Of a stretch of DNA of 64,000 nt, positions 32,101-40,560 are shown piece by piece; the stretch's first letter is position 1; each line of letters starts with the position of its first letter. The position numbers and the translations under genes are program-made. This DNA is from Bispira polyomma (lineage: Eukaryota). The stretch spans positions 27,032,001 to 27,096,000 of the forward strand of contig OZ287749.1 of NCBI GenBank assembly GCA_965649765.1. The letters run 5' to 3'. A model generated the notes under the pieces. It was not told the origin of the DNA, did not search any database, and saw nothing but the letters and a program-made list of their open reading frames with translations.

Positions 32101-34348
32101 ACCTTTCAGGAGTTGACTGTGGCACTCCCCCTAATGTGACCTTCTCCTCCTGGCTGTACAATCTGGACTTCTACCCTTACCGTGATGAGGTCATCTACTT
32201 CTGTCTACCCGCATACAGGTTTAGTAACACGAGCAATAAAGTAAAGACGTGTAACTACAGAGGTGAATGGACCGGGGAAGATCCTGTTTGTATAGGTAAG
32301 GGTACACACATACATTTGATATTGTTGTCTGTGTGAAAATAATGTAATCATTGTATATGAAAAATCAGTCATGGAAAAAACAAAAAATGTTGCATTTATA
32401 TAGAGAAGTAATGTGTCTCAATAAACGTTTGTTATCAAGCAGATCATGTCCAATGACTTATACAACTGGCTTACAGCATGTATCGTAATGGTCTTTTGAA
32501 AGCCTCATAAAAATGTATATTAACAGTGCAAGTAATCTAGTGATATAATTAGAATCTAAATTCTTTTGGTGTGCGCTCAATATTTACTTTGCAAATGATT
32601 GTATCTTTGTAATGATTGATCTGAAATATAATATAAGTCTTAGCTCAGAATGACTTTTTTTATGAATGCTAACTACTACATAGTTAAATCTTTAGTCACA
32701 TATTTCTTTCTAACCTTTAGTATATAGTTATTTAAATAAATGATATACATGTAGTATGTTGCATGCTTTAGAATCTTAGTACCAGTAGATTCAAAGGCAC
32801 AACAATCCAGGCATGTTTAATGTAATATGTAGAAGAACCTTGAATGAAAAAGATACAGTACATAACGTCAGAGTATACGAACATGATGTCAGCAAATATA
32901 TAAAACGCAATCTATCAATTTACACATTACCAAGTGTAGAAGTGTAGCAGTGTTCTAATTATCATGTGATTGTGAATACACAGGTTACCATAAAGTGGGT
33001 CGCCATCATAAAGTAGGTCTATTTTTTACAACCACAATAAAAGGTTACATAGAGCATTTGAACTCTTGAAATTTACTGACTCAGTAAATAATATCAACAA
33101 TTGTGAGTTAAATCAAATAAATTGAGTGTATTTTGTCTATAGAAGAACGATCAACACACTTTACGAATGCCAAACCACTTTATGTCATTGCTCCAGGTTG
33201 ATTTGACAATTACTAGTATCAGGTCTATCAAAAGAAAAGAGTATACTGTCAAAGTAAACTTCGGGATGATATATTTTTGATTTATAATCTAATCTTACTT
33301 TCATAGCGCTTAATCTCTGTACTAGCGGATTCTAAGGTGTATTAGACAGGAAAATCATTAACCATTGAACGAGCAGGGGTTATGATTGTGGAGATGCCGG
33401 AATGGGTAGGAAAGGTTAAAGTGGAAAAGTCTTGCTAAATGGGTAGGTTTTGAGCTTCTTTTGAAAACGGGTAAGCCAGGAGGAGGTATGTAGGGACAAG
33501 CAGATAGTTATTATTTGAAGCTCCATATCTGTAACATTCGAACCCTGTTAAGTAAATCTCTGTTATGTCAATTTCCCTCTTATGTATAGAAGTATCTGTG
33601 GTCACACAAAGGACTTTTCTTTTTAAATCTACCCTGTTAAGTGCAAGTCCTAGTTAAGTAGAGGGTATTTATCCTGGTCCCTTGAGGTTCGACTTATAGG
33701 TGTTAAACTGTACGTCACAGGCCTGTGATGAGTTAGTAGAGTTAATGTGGTAGTAGTTAAGACTTGAGGTCAGGTCTTCATGAGGGAGAGGCATGTAATA
33801 TCCATGTAAATCAGTGCATTAAACACTTGGGCTTCTGGGGTTTCCCCTCAAGCTCAAGTGTTAGTGTACTGGTCTATTAATCTCAAGATCCAAAACAACC
33901 CAGGATCGAATCCCAGTTTATAGAAAAACTTAGTAATTTCTGTTGTTTACATGGAGGAGTTCAGTGGTGAAGTTTAGTGCTGCAACTGTGAATGATGGTT
34001 GAACCAACCAGTTTTTTGGGTAAGAAATATTATATTGACAAATGAGGCTGTCTTTTGTCTTTAGAAAACCCAGATTTCTACGATGTAGAAGTCAACGACT
34101 TCCACTTTTTTGCGGCTGCTTATGAGATAGTACAGGAACCCGAGAAATCATTTACAGAGTCAGACCATTACGCCAGTCACATCTCGTTAGGGATATTAGG
34201 CATTTCCTGGATTGTTTTCACCATCTTGGTATTGCTCCTACTGGATTCACTGAATCTCAGAAAAGACTGGCGATACTTCAAGAAGAATATCGCCTGGATA
34301 TGGAATACTAAGAAATCACCACAAAGTCAGGTGGAAAACACAAGTTAA
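2025..34348 (+). CDS. Multi-exon gene (29 exons in window, 5' end outside): type I membrane protein with about 19 sushi/CCP domains and 2 ILEI/GG domains (SVEP1/CSMD/selectin-like modules)
   Basis: Exons joined by GT-AG introns with compatible phases give one continuous frame of C..P...C..GY...C...W....C modules. It ends in a hydrophobic helix and a stop at 34348. Confidence 0.92.
2584..2687 (+). CDS. Exon: CCP1 second half (CIDDFEF...HWTYPSLCA)
   Basis: ttttcag|G...CAG|gtggag, phase 2 to 1. Confidence 0.85.
2925..3155 (-). mobile_element. tRNA-headed SINE, family B (CORE-like centre)
   Basis: Reverse complement of the 11828-12165 copy (tagtggttag...cttgggcaag...ccacttaaaatggc). Confidence 0.7.
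3433..3630 (+). CDS. Exon: ILEI/GG domain 1, part a (TCSVNLRSW...RGMHLVTLDSDCVVQDIRQFI)
   Basis: tttcag|CT...C|gtaagt; open frame; RG-x-HLVTLD...D.R.F motif. Confidence 0.85.
3774..3991. mobile_element. MITE with TA target duplication (Tc1/mariner-like)
   Basis: About 37 bp TIRs catgggcgttcataatacc / ggtattatgaacgcccgtg, flanked by TA. Confidence 0.85.
4426..4600 (+). CDS. Exon: ILEI/GG domain 1, part b (ELLTFLENQTDGTVILGVTAFEP)
   Basis: ttacag|GG...TG|gtatgt; lies in ORF 4416..4658. Confidence 0.85.
4624..4938 (+). mobile_element. TTAA-flanked MITE (piggyBac-like)
   Basis: ttaa|ctcttttgaccc...gggtcaaaagag|ttaa; related copies near 6320-6526, 8500-8560, 9460-9570 and 18650-18936. Confidence 0.8.
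5341..5438 (+). CDS. Exon: ILEI/GG domain 1, part c (YSISFIARHN...GPAEIQQYI)
   Basis: gttaag|G...G|gtaaga, phase 2 to 1; parallels exon 10490. Confidence 0.8.
5994..6107 (+). CDS. Exon: CCP2 first half (KGCGQPLNP...AEYRCVG)
   Basis: ttccag|AT...G|gtaagt. Confidence 0.85.
6101..6260 (+). repeat. 41-53 bp repeat (4 copies) of the donor of exon 5994-6107
   Basis: (G)n|gtaag...ttggttaaaa units; GT at 6108, 6153, 6194 and 6247. Confidence 0.85.
6915..7010 (+). CDS. Exon: CCP2 second half (AVFASG...AECVMEG...KWVYPNASCH)
   Basis: ccttag|AT...G|gtaagt. Confidence 0.85.
7045..7140 (+). mobile_element. Short LINE RT fragment
   Basis: Translates as MYADDTQIYLSL. Confidence 0.65.
7263..7409 (+). CDS. 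Exon: ILEI/GG domain 2, part a (YCLIGAQSFGAND...DRGFHVLTVNRYCQI)
   Basis: atctag|CC...G|gtatgc; paralogous to exon 3433. Confidence 0.82.
7430..7885 (-). repeat. Dispersed repeat family C, tandem 270-295 bp units with an internal tRNA-like segment
   Basis: Matches 9990-10392 and, inverted, 33722-33960. Confidence 0.75.
7940..8179 (+). mobile_element. tRNA-derived SINE, family A, with 15 bp TSD
   Basis: A box tggcctagtgg, B box ggtttgactcc, A-rich tail; TSD ccctcacaatgtagg at 7925-7939 and 8180-8194. Confidence 0.9.
8932..9118 (+). CDS. Exon: ILEI/GG domain 2, part b (HYDTHGD...NGTVLLFATADQS)
   Basis: tgacag|AG...GA|gtatgt; YDT and G.V.L.A..D motifs typical of ILEI/GG. Confidence 0.87.
9990..10392 (-). 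repeat. Family C repeat (about 1.5 units)
   Basis: About 269 bp period; tRNA-like segment tagctcaactg...ggttcaaat on the - strand. Confidence 0.75.
10490..10590 (+). CDS. Exon: ILEI/GG domain 2, part c (GSMAYIARKGQ...GPAMVALTV)
   Basis: tttcag|T...G|gtaagt, phase 2 to 1. Confidence 0.85.
11488..11664 (+). CDS. Exon: CCP3
   Basis: tttcag|CA...CAG|gtatat; WNCSVP...TCDPSY...ECELWGLWSDIGQCT. Confidence 0.88.
11630..11812 (+). repeat. 3 copies of the exon end plus donor of the CCP3 exon
   Basis: tggtcagatatt.gg..gtgtacag|gt with GT at 11665, 11724 and 11802. Confidence 0.88.
11828..12165 (+). mobile_element. tRNA-headed SINE, family B
   Basis: cctagtggttagg...ggttcgactcc head and ccttgagcaa core; further copies near 14228, 22380, 24245(-), 26105(-), 26470, 30315 and 48225. 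Confidence 0.8.
12777..13003 (+). mobile_element. tRNA-derived SINE related to family A
   Basis: tggcctagcgg...gatcgaatccc head, gttgaaagtgacgtcaaaccc end and aaattc tail; relatives near 28127, 46895 and 61190. Confidence 0.75.
13038..13576 (+). repeat. 80 bp minisatellite (7 copies) spanning the acceptor of exon 13529
   Basis: ccatctgtctag|gtatagagtgtgccccactggac...; AG ends at 13057, 13137, 13217, 13297, 13377, 13448 and 13528. Confidence 0.95.
13529..13720 (+). CDS. Exon: CCP4 (six-Cys type)
   Basis: ctctag|GC...G|gtaagt; IECVPLDRVDHGQY...CDTGY...CLPNMEW...CQ. Confidence 0.88.
13768..14150 (+). repeat. 26 bp minisatellite (about 14 copies)
   Basis: Unit gtatcagtggtagccatattgtccta. Confidence 0.92.
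14724..14756 (+). CDS. 33-nt microexon: start of CCP5 (VYVCDTLPTLS)
   Basis: Long pyrimidine tract, cag|TG...A|gtaagt; supplies the first Cys missing from exon 15378. Confidence 0.8.
14960..15398 (+). repeat. About 41 bp minisatellite (about 11 copies) spanning the acceptor of exon 15378
   Basis: ttgttctctaattttag|atggtagctatgacaataatcata. Confidence 0.93.
15378..15536 (+). CDS. Exon: rest of CCP5
   Basis: ttttag|AT...A|gtaaga; GSYDHNDC...CDRGF...CTEHGNW...CQ. Confidence 0.88.
16353..16589 (+). CDS. Exon: CCP6
   Basis: tttcag|TT...T|gtatgt; ORF 16271..16675. Confidence 0.88.
16963..17206. mobile_element. MITE with about 50 bp TIRs (ggcc.gtattc termini)
   Basis: ggcctgtattctcgaatgtatactcagcttaaactcatactcaa and its reverse complement at 17160-17205. 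Confidence 0.85.
17642..17738 (-). mobile_element. 3' tail of a CR1/L2-type LINE with (TTAGA)n end
   Basis: Nearly identical to 44928-45013. Confidence 0.8.
17760..17963 (+). CDS. Exon: CCP7
   Basis: ttttag|TA...G|gtagac; THCGALPSPHNGSY...CDIGY...CATNGYW...YCK. Confidence 0.88.
18424..18539 (+). CDS. Exon: CCP8 first half
   Basis: caccag|TC...TTG|gtaagt, phase 1 to 0. Confidence 0.86.
18650..18936 (-). mobile_element. TTAA-flanked MITE, inverted copy of the 4624-4938 family
   Basis: ttaa at 18646-18649 and 18937-18940; interior is the reverse complement of the 4624 copy. Confidence 0.78.
19050..19400 (-). mobile_element. CR1/L2 LINE ORF2 C-terminus and 3' UTR
   Basis: GSRTFSIAAPMLWNCL...FRKNLKTHHF motif. 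Confidence 0.85.
19660..19853. mobile_element. pogo/Tc1-like MITE (CAGTA...TACTG, TA TSD)
   Basis: ta|cagtataacctctattatc...gataatagaggttctactg|ta; relatives near 9153-9333, 11300-11470 and 27940-28107. Confidence 0.8.
20084..20336 (+). CDS. Exon: CCP8 second half plus CCP9
   Basis: atatag|TCT...A|gtaaga, phase 0 to 1. Confidence 0.88.
21035..21452 (+). repeat. 161 bp tandem duplication (about 2.6 copies) of the acceptor plus most of the CCP10 exon
   Basis: Decoy acceptor ends at 21158, real one at 21319; ORF 21128..21319 is a near copy of 21292..21549. Confidence 0.93.
21320..21496 (+). CDS. Exon: CCP10
   Basis: gtttag|AG...G|gtgagg. Confidence 0.88.
22023..22362. mobile_element. MITE with internal ttcttattctaag repeats
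   Basis: ccgtattcactaaagtt ... aactttagtgaatatgg TIRs. Confidence 0.75.
22754..22930 (+). CDS. Exon: CCP11
   Basis: gagcag|AG...G|gtatgt; IECQLPP...YQCQYGF...CSAKGSW...CQ. Confidence 0.88.
23727..23903 (+). CDS. Exon: CCP12
   Basis: ctacag|AA...CAG|gtaagg. Confidence 0.87.
23896..24044 (+). repeat. 40 bp repeat (4 copies) of the CCP12 donor
   Basis: gtgtacag|gtaaggtatacaggtgtctagtgggtagtaca; GT at 23904, 23944, 23984 and 24024. Confidence 0.93.
24595..24765 (+). CDS. Exon: CCP13
   Basis: tttcag|AG...CAG|gtaagt. Confidence 0.87.
24718..25252 (+). repeat. Compound repeat of the CCP13 exon end and donor (18 bp subunit plus longer units)
   Basis: gtgtacag|gtaaatacag repeats interleaved with copies of gagaggatggtcagagggggac. 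Confidence 0.92.
25682..25858 (+). CDS. Exon: CCP14
   Basis: tcacag|TA...G|gtaagt. Confidence 0.87.
26928..27255 (+). mobile_element. tRNA-headed SINE with CORE-like domain (family D)
   Basis: tggcctagtg head; ctctctacccaggtgtataaatgggtacc core. Confidence 0.8.
27391..27567 (+). CDS. Exon: CCP15
   Basis: ttgtag|AG...G|gtaaag. Confidence 0.88.
27733..27912 (+). CDS. Exon: CCP16
   Basis: ttaaag|AA...G|gtaagg (weak acceptor). Confidence 0.83.
28447..28743 (-). mobile_element. Family D SINE, inverted copy
   Basis: Reverse complement of 26928-27255 with an internal deletion. Confidence 0.8.
28889..29062 (+). CDS. Exon: CCP17
   Basis: tggtag|CC...G|gtatgg. Confidence 0.88.
29000..29215 (+). 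repeat. About 126 bp duplication of the CCP17 exon end and donor
   Basis: gatactggctgtctgatacacc.tactg.caag|gtatggac with GT at 29063 and 29189. Confidence 0.85.
29997..30232. mobile_element. Tc1/mariner-type MITE with TA TSD
   Basis: ta|caggggtggacag...ctgtccacccctg|ta; paralogous empty site near 32720. Confidence 0.9.
30717..30893 (+). CDS. Exon: CCP18
   Basis: ttacag|CC...A|gtatgt. Confidence 0.88.
31108..32128 (+). repeat. 44/48 bp minisatellite (about 21 copies) spanning the acceptor of exon 32110
   Basis: cctaacaccccctatatgtacctttcag|gagttgactgtaaccctcct. Confidence 0.95.
32110..32295 (+). CDS. Exon: CCP19
   Basis: tttcag|GA...G|gtaagg. Confidence 0.88.
33285..33480 (-). mobile_element. 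Diverged CR1/L2 3' end
   Basis: aatctaatc...tagcgcttaatct tail like 44928; reads FQKKLKTYPF.. on the - strand. Confidence 0.65.
33722..33960 (+). repeat. Family C repeat, inverted relative to 7430 and 9990
   Basis: gagggagaggcatgtaatatcc...gttagtgtactgg...ggatcgaatcc. Confidence 0.72.
34065..34348 (+). CDS. Last coding exon: juxtamembrane segment, transmembrane helix, cytoplasmic tail
   Basis: ctttag|AA; ISLGILGISWIVFTILVLLLL followed by a basic tail; TAA at 34346-34348. Confidence 0.88.
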
Positions 34349-34700
34349 GGTGGGTTATTACATTGTTATATGTGTATGTATTTTGCATTTGATATAAATT
34401 ATGCATTTTTAAATGGACCGTTATGTGATGCAAGGCATCTTTTAACGCACAACAACCGAATCAGTTAAGCAATTGAGAAGTCTAAAAAACATAGCCAACG
34501 GGGATGAACGAGTTTGAAGAGATAGGTCACTGTTAGCTTTGCAGTAATTTTGGTTTTGATGTTATTATGTTATAAGTATTGTTATTGTGCTAAAACTCTT
34601 TGTATCATATACAAGAAAAAACAGGTTGTCAGGAAGAATGTGGGGGTGTACAGGAATGTTACAAAATGTAACATTCTTTCAAAGGACTCTTAAAAATATA

Positions 34701-35016
34701 CACTGGTCAAAATAGAATAGGACTCAGACATATAAATATTAGTAATTTCAAAAGTGTGGAGAATTTTAATTATTTTGATATGTATTTGTATAAACACATC
34801 TATTGTCCTTATTTCAAGCTATTGTTGCTGCCGAAAAAAATTTCTTTACGGAATTACCAAGCAAAGAATGTCATGGGCGAGAAATCCAAAGTCACAAGCA
34901 GACAGATTTACAGATGTCAAGAAAACGAAAGTAGTCTTTAACTTGGGTCAAAATTCTTCACACTTTTGAAATTACCAACATTTATATGTCTGAGTCCTAT
35001 TCTATTTTGACCAGTG
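34701..35016. mobile_element. MITE with about 70 bp TIRs and TA TSD in the probable 3' UTR
   Basis: ta|cactggtcaaaatagaataggactcagacatataaat ... atttatatgtctgagtcctattctattttgaccagtg|ta. Confidence 0.9.
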
Positions 35017-38000
35017 TATATAATGTTGCTTTGTTTTAACATTTTTTAGGCGTATATTGCAGAAACGAGGATTGAAAGCTGTGATTTACCCTTTTGCAGT
35101 CAATGACACCCCATCTTATATTCTGAGGTACAATGTTCGTCGACAAGCAGGCCTCTCCCCCATATTATTACTGTTTTACCTTACATCAGTACTCCACATG
35201 TTGACATTATAAATTTCTGGTAATCTTCCAGCTATCTGGAATCAGTTACTGGAAATTACATTCACCACAGGGAACTACTGCTTCCTCAGTTACAATGAAA
35301 GGGTTAAATGTTTTCTAGAGATGGATATTTTAACATTGTTAATACAAAAAAAAACATTTATTAATTCGGCATTCATTTTTAATTGGTGCTATAGTTTTGT
35401 GTATTTTCGTTTGAGTAAAAATAACAAAAAATATGGTAAAACCATCACAAATAAATAATTAAAATTATCTTTAAGAAAACTGCTTTCAATTTGTGTTTCT
35501 AAATTAATTAGGTTGTATATTTGTGTTGTATCTTTTTTATGATTTGTCTTAAATCTTCGAGAGTTTCTAAACTTCTATTTATTTTTTTCCAATCGACAAA
35601 ATGTACTTTGCATTTAATATTATCTAAAACACTTAACAGCAATAAATTTGCATACTTTTAGTTTTTTTTTAATATTTCTATTTCAAGTTAGTTCATGTGC
35701 TGTTTTAGATGACATTTTAAAATTCTTCTTAAACAGAATCTTGACTGAAGGTTCAGGGATATTGTTGTGGTATAAAACCTCTATTGGAACATGACATGGC
35801 TATGTCTGCGATTCTGATTTGCTCATTGCTACTGTAAAATTAACCATATACACATAGATGTAAATAGACTAATTTCGTTTGCAATGTATTTGATTGTAGT
35901 TTCTTCAATAACATAATTCTGCAGTAAAAATTTTTGGCAGTTATCTTAACGAGGAGTGGGAATTTTTTTTTTAATTCTTGGGTTGAACTTTGGCTTACTT
36001 AAATGTCAGGTGTTTTCTGGGGGTGTAAAGGTGCTTGTCACTAGGTTTTCTCAGCAAGTATTTGTCATAGACCAATGAAATTTGGCATGTACCTTAGTAA
36101 GGCAATTATCTGGACGGGAGACGCTGTTAAGATCAATCGGATGATAATTAACTGATTGCTGACTGATTGATAGTTAATTGAAATGTGAAAAATCGTTACT
36201 TTTTTGCTATTTCGGAAACTATTGGGATTTTGGTTTTTTCTTGGTATAAGTTATTCATCTACTTTCTGATTTTATGTATCAGGTGAAAATCTCACAGTTT
36301 CAAGGGTAGTACTTAATGAGTACTGAGTACCTCAAATGAGTAATTTGCTTGATTTTGCTCTGCCTTGCACTTTTATTAACTTTTCTTTTGAAGTACTTCT
36401 CATAGTTCAATGAAATTTGGCATGCACATTGCAAATACCAATGGATAGATGACTGTAAATTTTTACATCAATCTCGTGATAATTGACTGATTGACAGGGT
36501 CGATCAATCGTACAAAATGGGGAAAAAAAGTGTTAATGGGGGGGATTTTTTCTATTAAAAAAAAATCCGATTTTGGCAGTCATCTTGAATTTCTGCGTCT
36601 TTTTTGAAAAAGTTCATTATCTCAGAAACGGTGTTAGATAAAGCGATTATGAGCTGTCAACTTAAAAATTTTTTTTAAACCTTCTACACTTCATTATTGT
36701 TTCAAATTTAGGGACAGTTCGTTTTTGTTATCAAAGACCATTTTCTAGTTTTAATTTGTCCTGTTAGAATAGGAATAACATATTCCCAAAGCCTGATATA
36801 CAGTAATTTTGTTGGAGTGTAAAAAGACTCGGGCTTTGCCTTTGTGTTACTACGCCTCCAATCGTGGTAAAAATTACTGTATAAACATGCTTTGTAATGT
36901 GTTATTCCTTAATTATCTGAACTTAAATGATCTGAATATTCAATTTTATGAACTAATTTCTGCTCACCAAAATTTTGTTTTTCATTGTTTCATTATTCAG
37001 CGATACGTCTTCTATTTTTATGAACATTCTATTATCCAAAGAAAATCATGCTCTCCCAAGATGTTCAGATAATAGAAGTGTCTTAGTTTCTACAAAAAAA
37101 CAGTACACAATGATTTCACATTGCTTAGTAGTCTCAAGAGAACAAAAGGTCTTATTCTTAAGTTTAGCGTTTATGTCTTAAATATGTAAGACTGCCTACT
37201 GTTAGTGTTAAGAGCAAAGTTCGCACTAAGCAATCGTTTCCCACCGGTGTAATGCCATAAACTCACCCCCTGCCATATTTTTACTCCCATCTTTGATCTT
37301 TTAGGGGGTAGAGTATTTGGCAAACAAATTTTGCACCCCCCCTAACAATAGGAGGATTAAAGGGGGAAAAATATGGCAGCCACCTTGCCAAATACTGACC
37401 CCCCCCCCCTGCCAGAAACTGACCCCTCTTGGGTGATTTTATCAAGATTAATCCAATTACACTGACTACCACTGACTTACTCTTGCATTCAATTACAATC
37501 AGGGTGATTATTAATTATGTGCATTGATTGACAGGTTATGTGGGGAGACTGTCATTAGTAGATAGATTTTAGATGGACTTTTTATTATAATCTCACCTGT
37601 TACACAGCCAGCCAAGTATGGCTTATGAAAGAGTGAAAATATACAAACATTAATATACAAAGAACAGTATGTACAGCATTAATATAATATTAGCATATAA
37701 ATGAATAATATCAGATATACAAAATAACAGTATGCTAGATCCGACTTCCGAGCATCTTTAACCCGGTAGGCCTTAGCCTCGGGCTTTCAGAGCCAAGAAG
37801 ACATTTCTAGCATACTATTGTTATATGAAAGTTAAGGAAATTTGACATAACACTCAAATTATACATTGGAAATGGAAAGTTTTTGGTATCATAATGAAGA
37901 TAAAATGTAGAATATCACATAAAACCACTAGGACCAAAAATCTTAACCTTTTCGGTCAAAATCAAAGACCATAAACTGAAGGTTGAGACTAGGTTATGAC

Positions 38001-39879
38001 TGAGACCTTTTGTGAATACACCACCAGTATTTTGGTCTCAACTTTGACTTAGTCTCCAAACTGATGGCCAGTTATGGCCCAGTTTCAAAATGATGTGCTG
38101 AAAGGTGAGTTGGTAAACACTTTATAAAGTTTAACTATTTACATGTAAAAAAAAGTACAGAATTATTTTATTGACCCAATTATACCATTGAACTAGAAGG
38201 GAAATCAGTAGATTGCATAGCTCTGCCAAGTTACCACATTCATTTTATACCAAAAAGGGACAAACAGTTATGGGATCCAGCCTTCTACCGAAATCTGCTC
38301 CAAACTTTAATGAGTTCTTCCTTTGGCCTATCCCTCTACCATTTAATGTAAATTGACAAAACAAACTAACAGACGTGGGCAAAAACATCGCCTCCTTGAT
38401 GAAGATAATACCGTCCCAGTAAAGAGCAAGGGACTATCAGTACCAGTCAGCTAAGATGAAGCTCAGTAAGTCATAAAATGATACTGGAATGTCAAGTCTC
38501 TTGGGTACAATTATTTTATTATTTTGTAATTAATGCACATGATAATAGCGTTCTACCTAAAACTACACAAGAAGTTAGCTACACAGCAGAAACCTCTAAA
38601 ATCTGATAATTTTTCTCACACTGTTTTTTTACCAGTCCATGACCAGGGGCGTAGCTACCATTAACGCCAGTACGCCCAGGCGTACCAATTTAATGACAAG
38701 AAAAAAAAATTAAAAAAAATTTGAAAAAAAAAAAAATTTAAACTTTCTTTTATTCTGTTTGTTTTAGTAGTAACATAGATTCCTGTTGGTAAATAAAAAA
38801 AAAAATTGGTACCCCCCAATTAAACCAAAATATTACCTTAAACTACAATAAAACTAGCCAGTGTAGGTGGGCTTTCATTGGATGCCTTAAACAGTACAAA
38901 GACTGAGAAAAATATGTACTCTCCATATACAGATTTTATCTAAAATGTATGCAGAGTACCCCATTAACCTGGTAAAAAAAACAGCAAACTATAATAAGCC
39001 CAAGAAATTTTTCCAAACAAATTTACTTAAAAAGCGCTAAACAAATGTTAGTTATGGTCAGTCAAATTTAATCTTACTAACTAAATTGACGTTACTTCTT
39101 CACAGACAACATTCATTAAAGGTTAACATAAACCAAGACAGAAGAATAACCTTACATTGAGTACCTGAGAGTTTGCAAGAGCTAAAAGACAGGAAATGGG
39201 AACACCATATAATAGACTGGTGGATTATACACATATTACTATACATGTTAGTACTATATGAGAACATTATACACCTAAACTTACATTGATATCTATCCGC
39301 CAGAGTTAACAATTTTCCAAATTATTCGTCCAGTGCTTGACTGAACTAACACATTTTGTAAGCTACATGTATTGGCAACTTTGGCAGAACCTACCGACAA
39401 TCAGAACATAATGACGAGGGATGGACAAATTTCTAAATAAATACATTCTATGTGTGCACTTTGAAAGTTGAGTGAAGAATTATGTCACAAGTGAAGAATT
39501 ACCACAAAGAGAGGAATCACGTGAAATCAAGGGAACGGCCCAAGTTGCATACTAACCAAAGGTGAGCGAATCTCAAGGCACCTGCATGCCGACATAGATT
39601 AAAGTCCTGAGTGTAGTGTTATCAATCAGAAACAAGAAGAGTCTTTAAGCAAGATCTGAATGCCGGAACAAGCATATCGTCAGCCTCCTCCTCATTGATG
39701 ACCTTCATGAACCCAGTATAACCTTGAACCTTTCTACTAAGATTATTGAGTCATACAGAAAGACCCTAGTCAGTTCAATGGCATTATAAGTAATACATTT
39801 CGAGATATGGCACAAAATATTGGATATTGACCTTTATGACCCCAACTTGACTTTGAATCCAAGCTCAGAGATTAAAAAA

Positions 39880-40560
39880 ATGATGTCAAAATCGCTCTAT
39901 GTCACACGTTTTCCGAGATAACAGACGTTTCCGGAAAAGGCACGAAAAATTCAAGATGGCTGCTAAAATCGTAAAATTTTGGAAAAATTGTCATACCTCC
40001 TAAACAACATACCTTGTGGGCCAAAAATTAGATCAAAATCGCACTATCTCACATTGTTTCCGAGATAATGGACGTTTCTTGAAAAGAGGTGGAAATTCAA
40101 AATAGCCGCCAAAATCGTAAAATTTCGGGAAAATTGTCATACACCCTAAATAAGATACCCTGTGGACCAAAAATGACATCGAAATCGCTCTAGCTCGCAC
40201 CGTTTCAAAGATAACAGACGTTTTATTTTCATTAGTAATCTATATCAAAATTCAAAAGTTTTAAAAATTCATTACCTAAAAATCTGAGGAAAATGCCGTG
40301 AACAAATTTTAATATGTGGCACGGCATATGTATGCAAAATTACAGACTGATCCCTTCAGTGGTTCTGGAGAAGAAGATTGTCAAAGTGCTATTTGTAGTA
40401 TTTTATACAGGAAAGAAAAATAAATTTTTTGTAGATCCAGGTAATGGCCTGATCCGAATGCCATGAACAAATTTTTATCCTCTGGCCCCTAGGTGTCTGT
40501 AAAAAAATCAGGAAGTCTGCAGCACTTGTAGTTTGGGAGAAGAAGCTGTTAACACATACG
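39880..40560. repeat. Composite interspersed repeat with about 142 bp internal tandem units (Helentron/HINE-like non-autonomous element)
   Basis: About 2.5 copies of aaaatcgc.cta...ttccgagataa...aattcaa.at.gc.gc, then ggagaagaag motifs; inverted relative near 36560-36650. Family assignment is by resemblance only. Confidence 0.55.

Noticed and set aside
31228-32139. Stack of GVDCNPPPNTPY ORFs as a repeat protein
   Set aside because: They frameshift every few units and are cut off from the real exon by an in-frame TAA; treated as an intronic array.
2025-34348. Naming the gene SVEP1, CSMD or a selectin
   Set aside because: No vWA, EGF, pentraxin, CUB or C-type lectin domain is visible in the window; only the CCP modules are shared.
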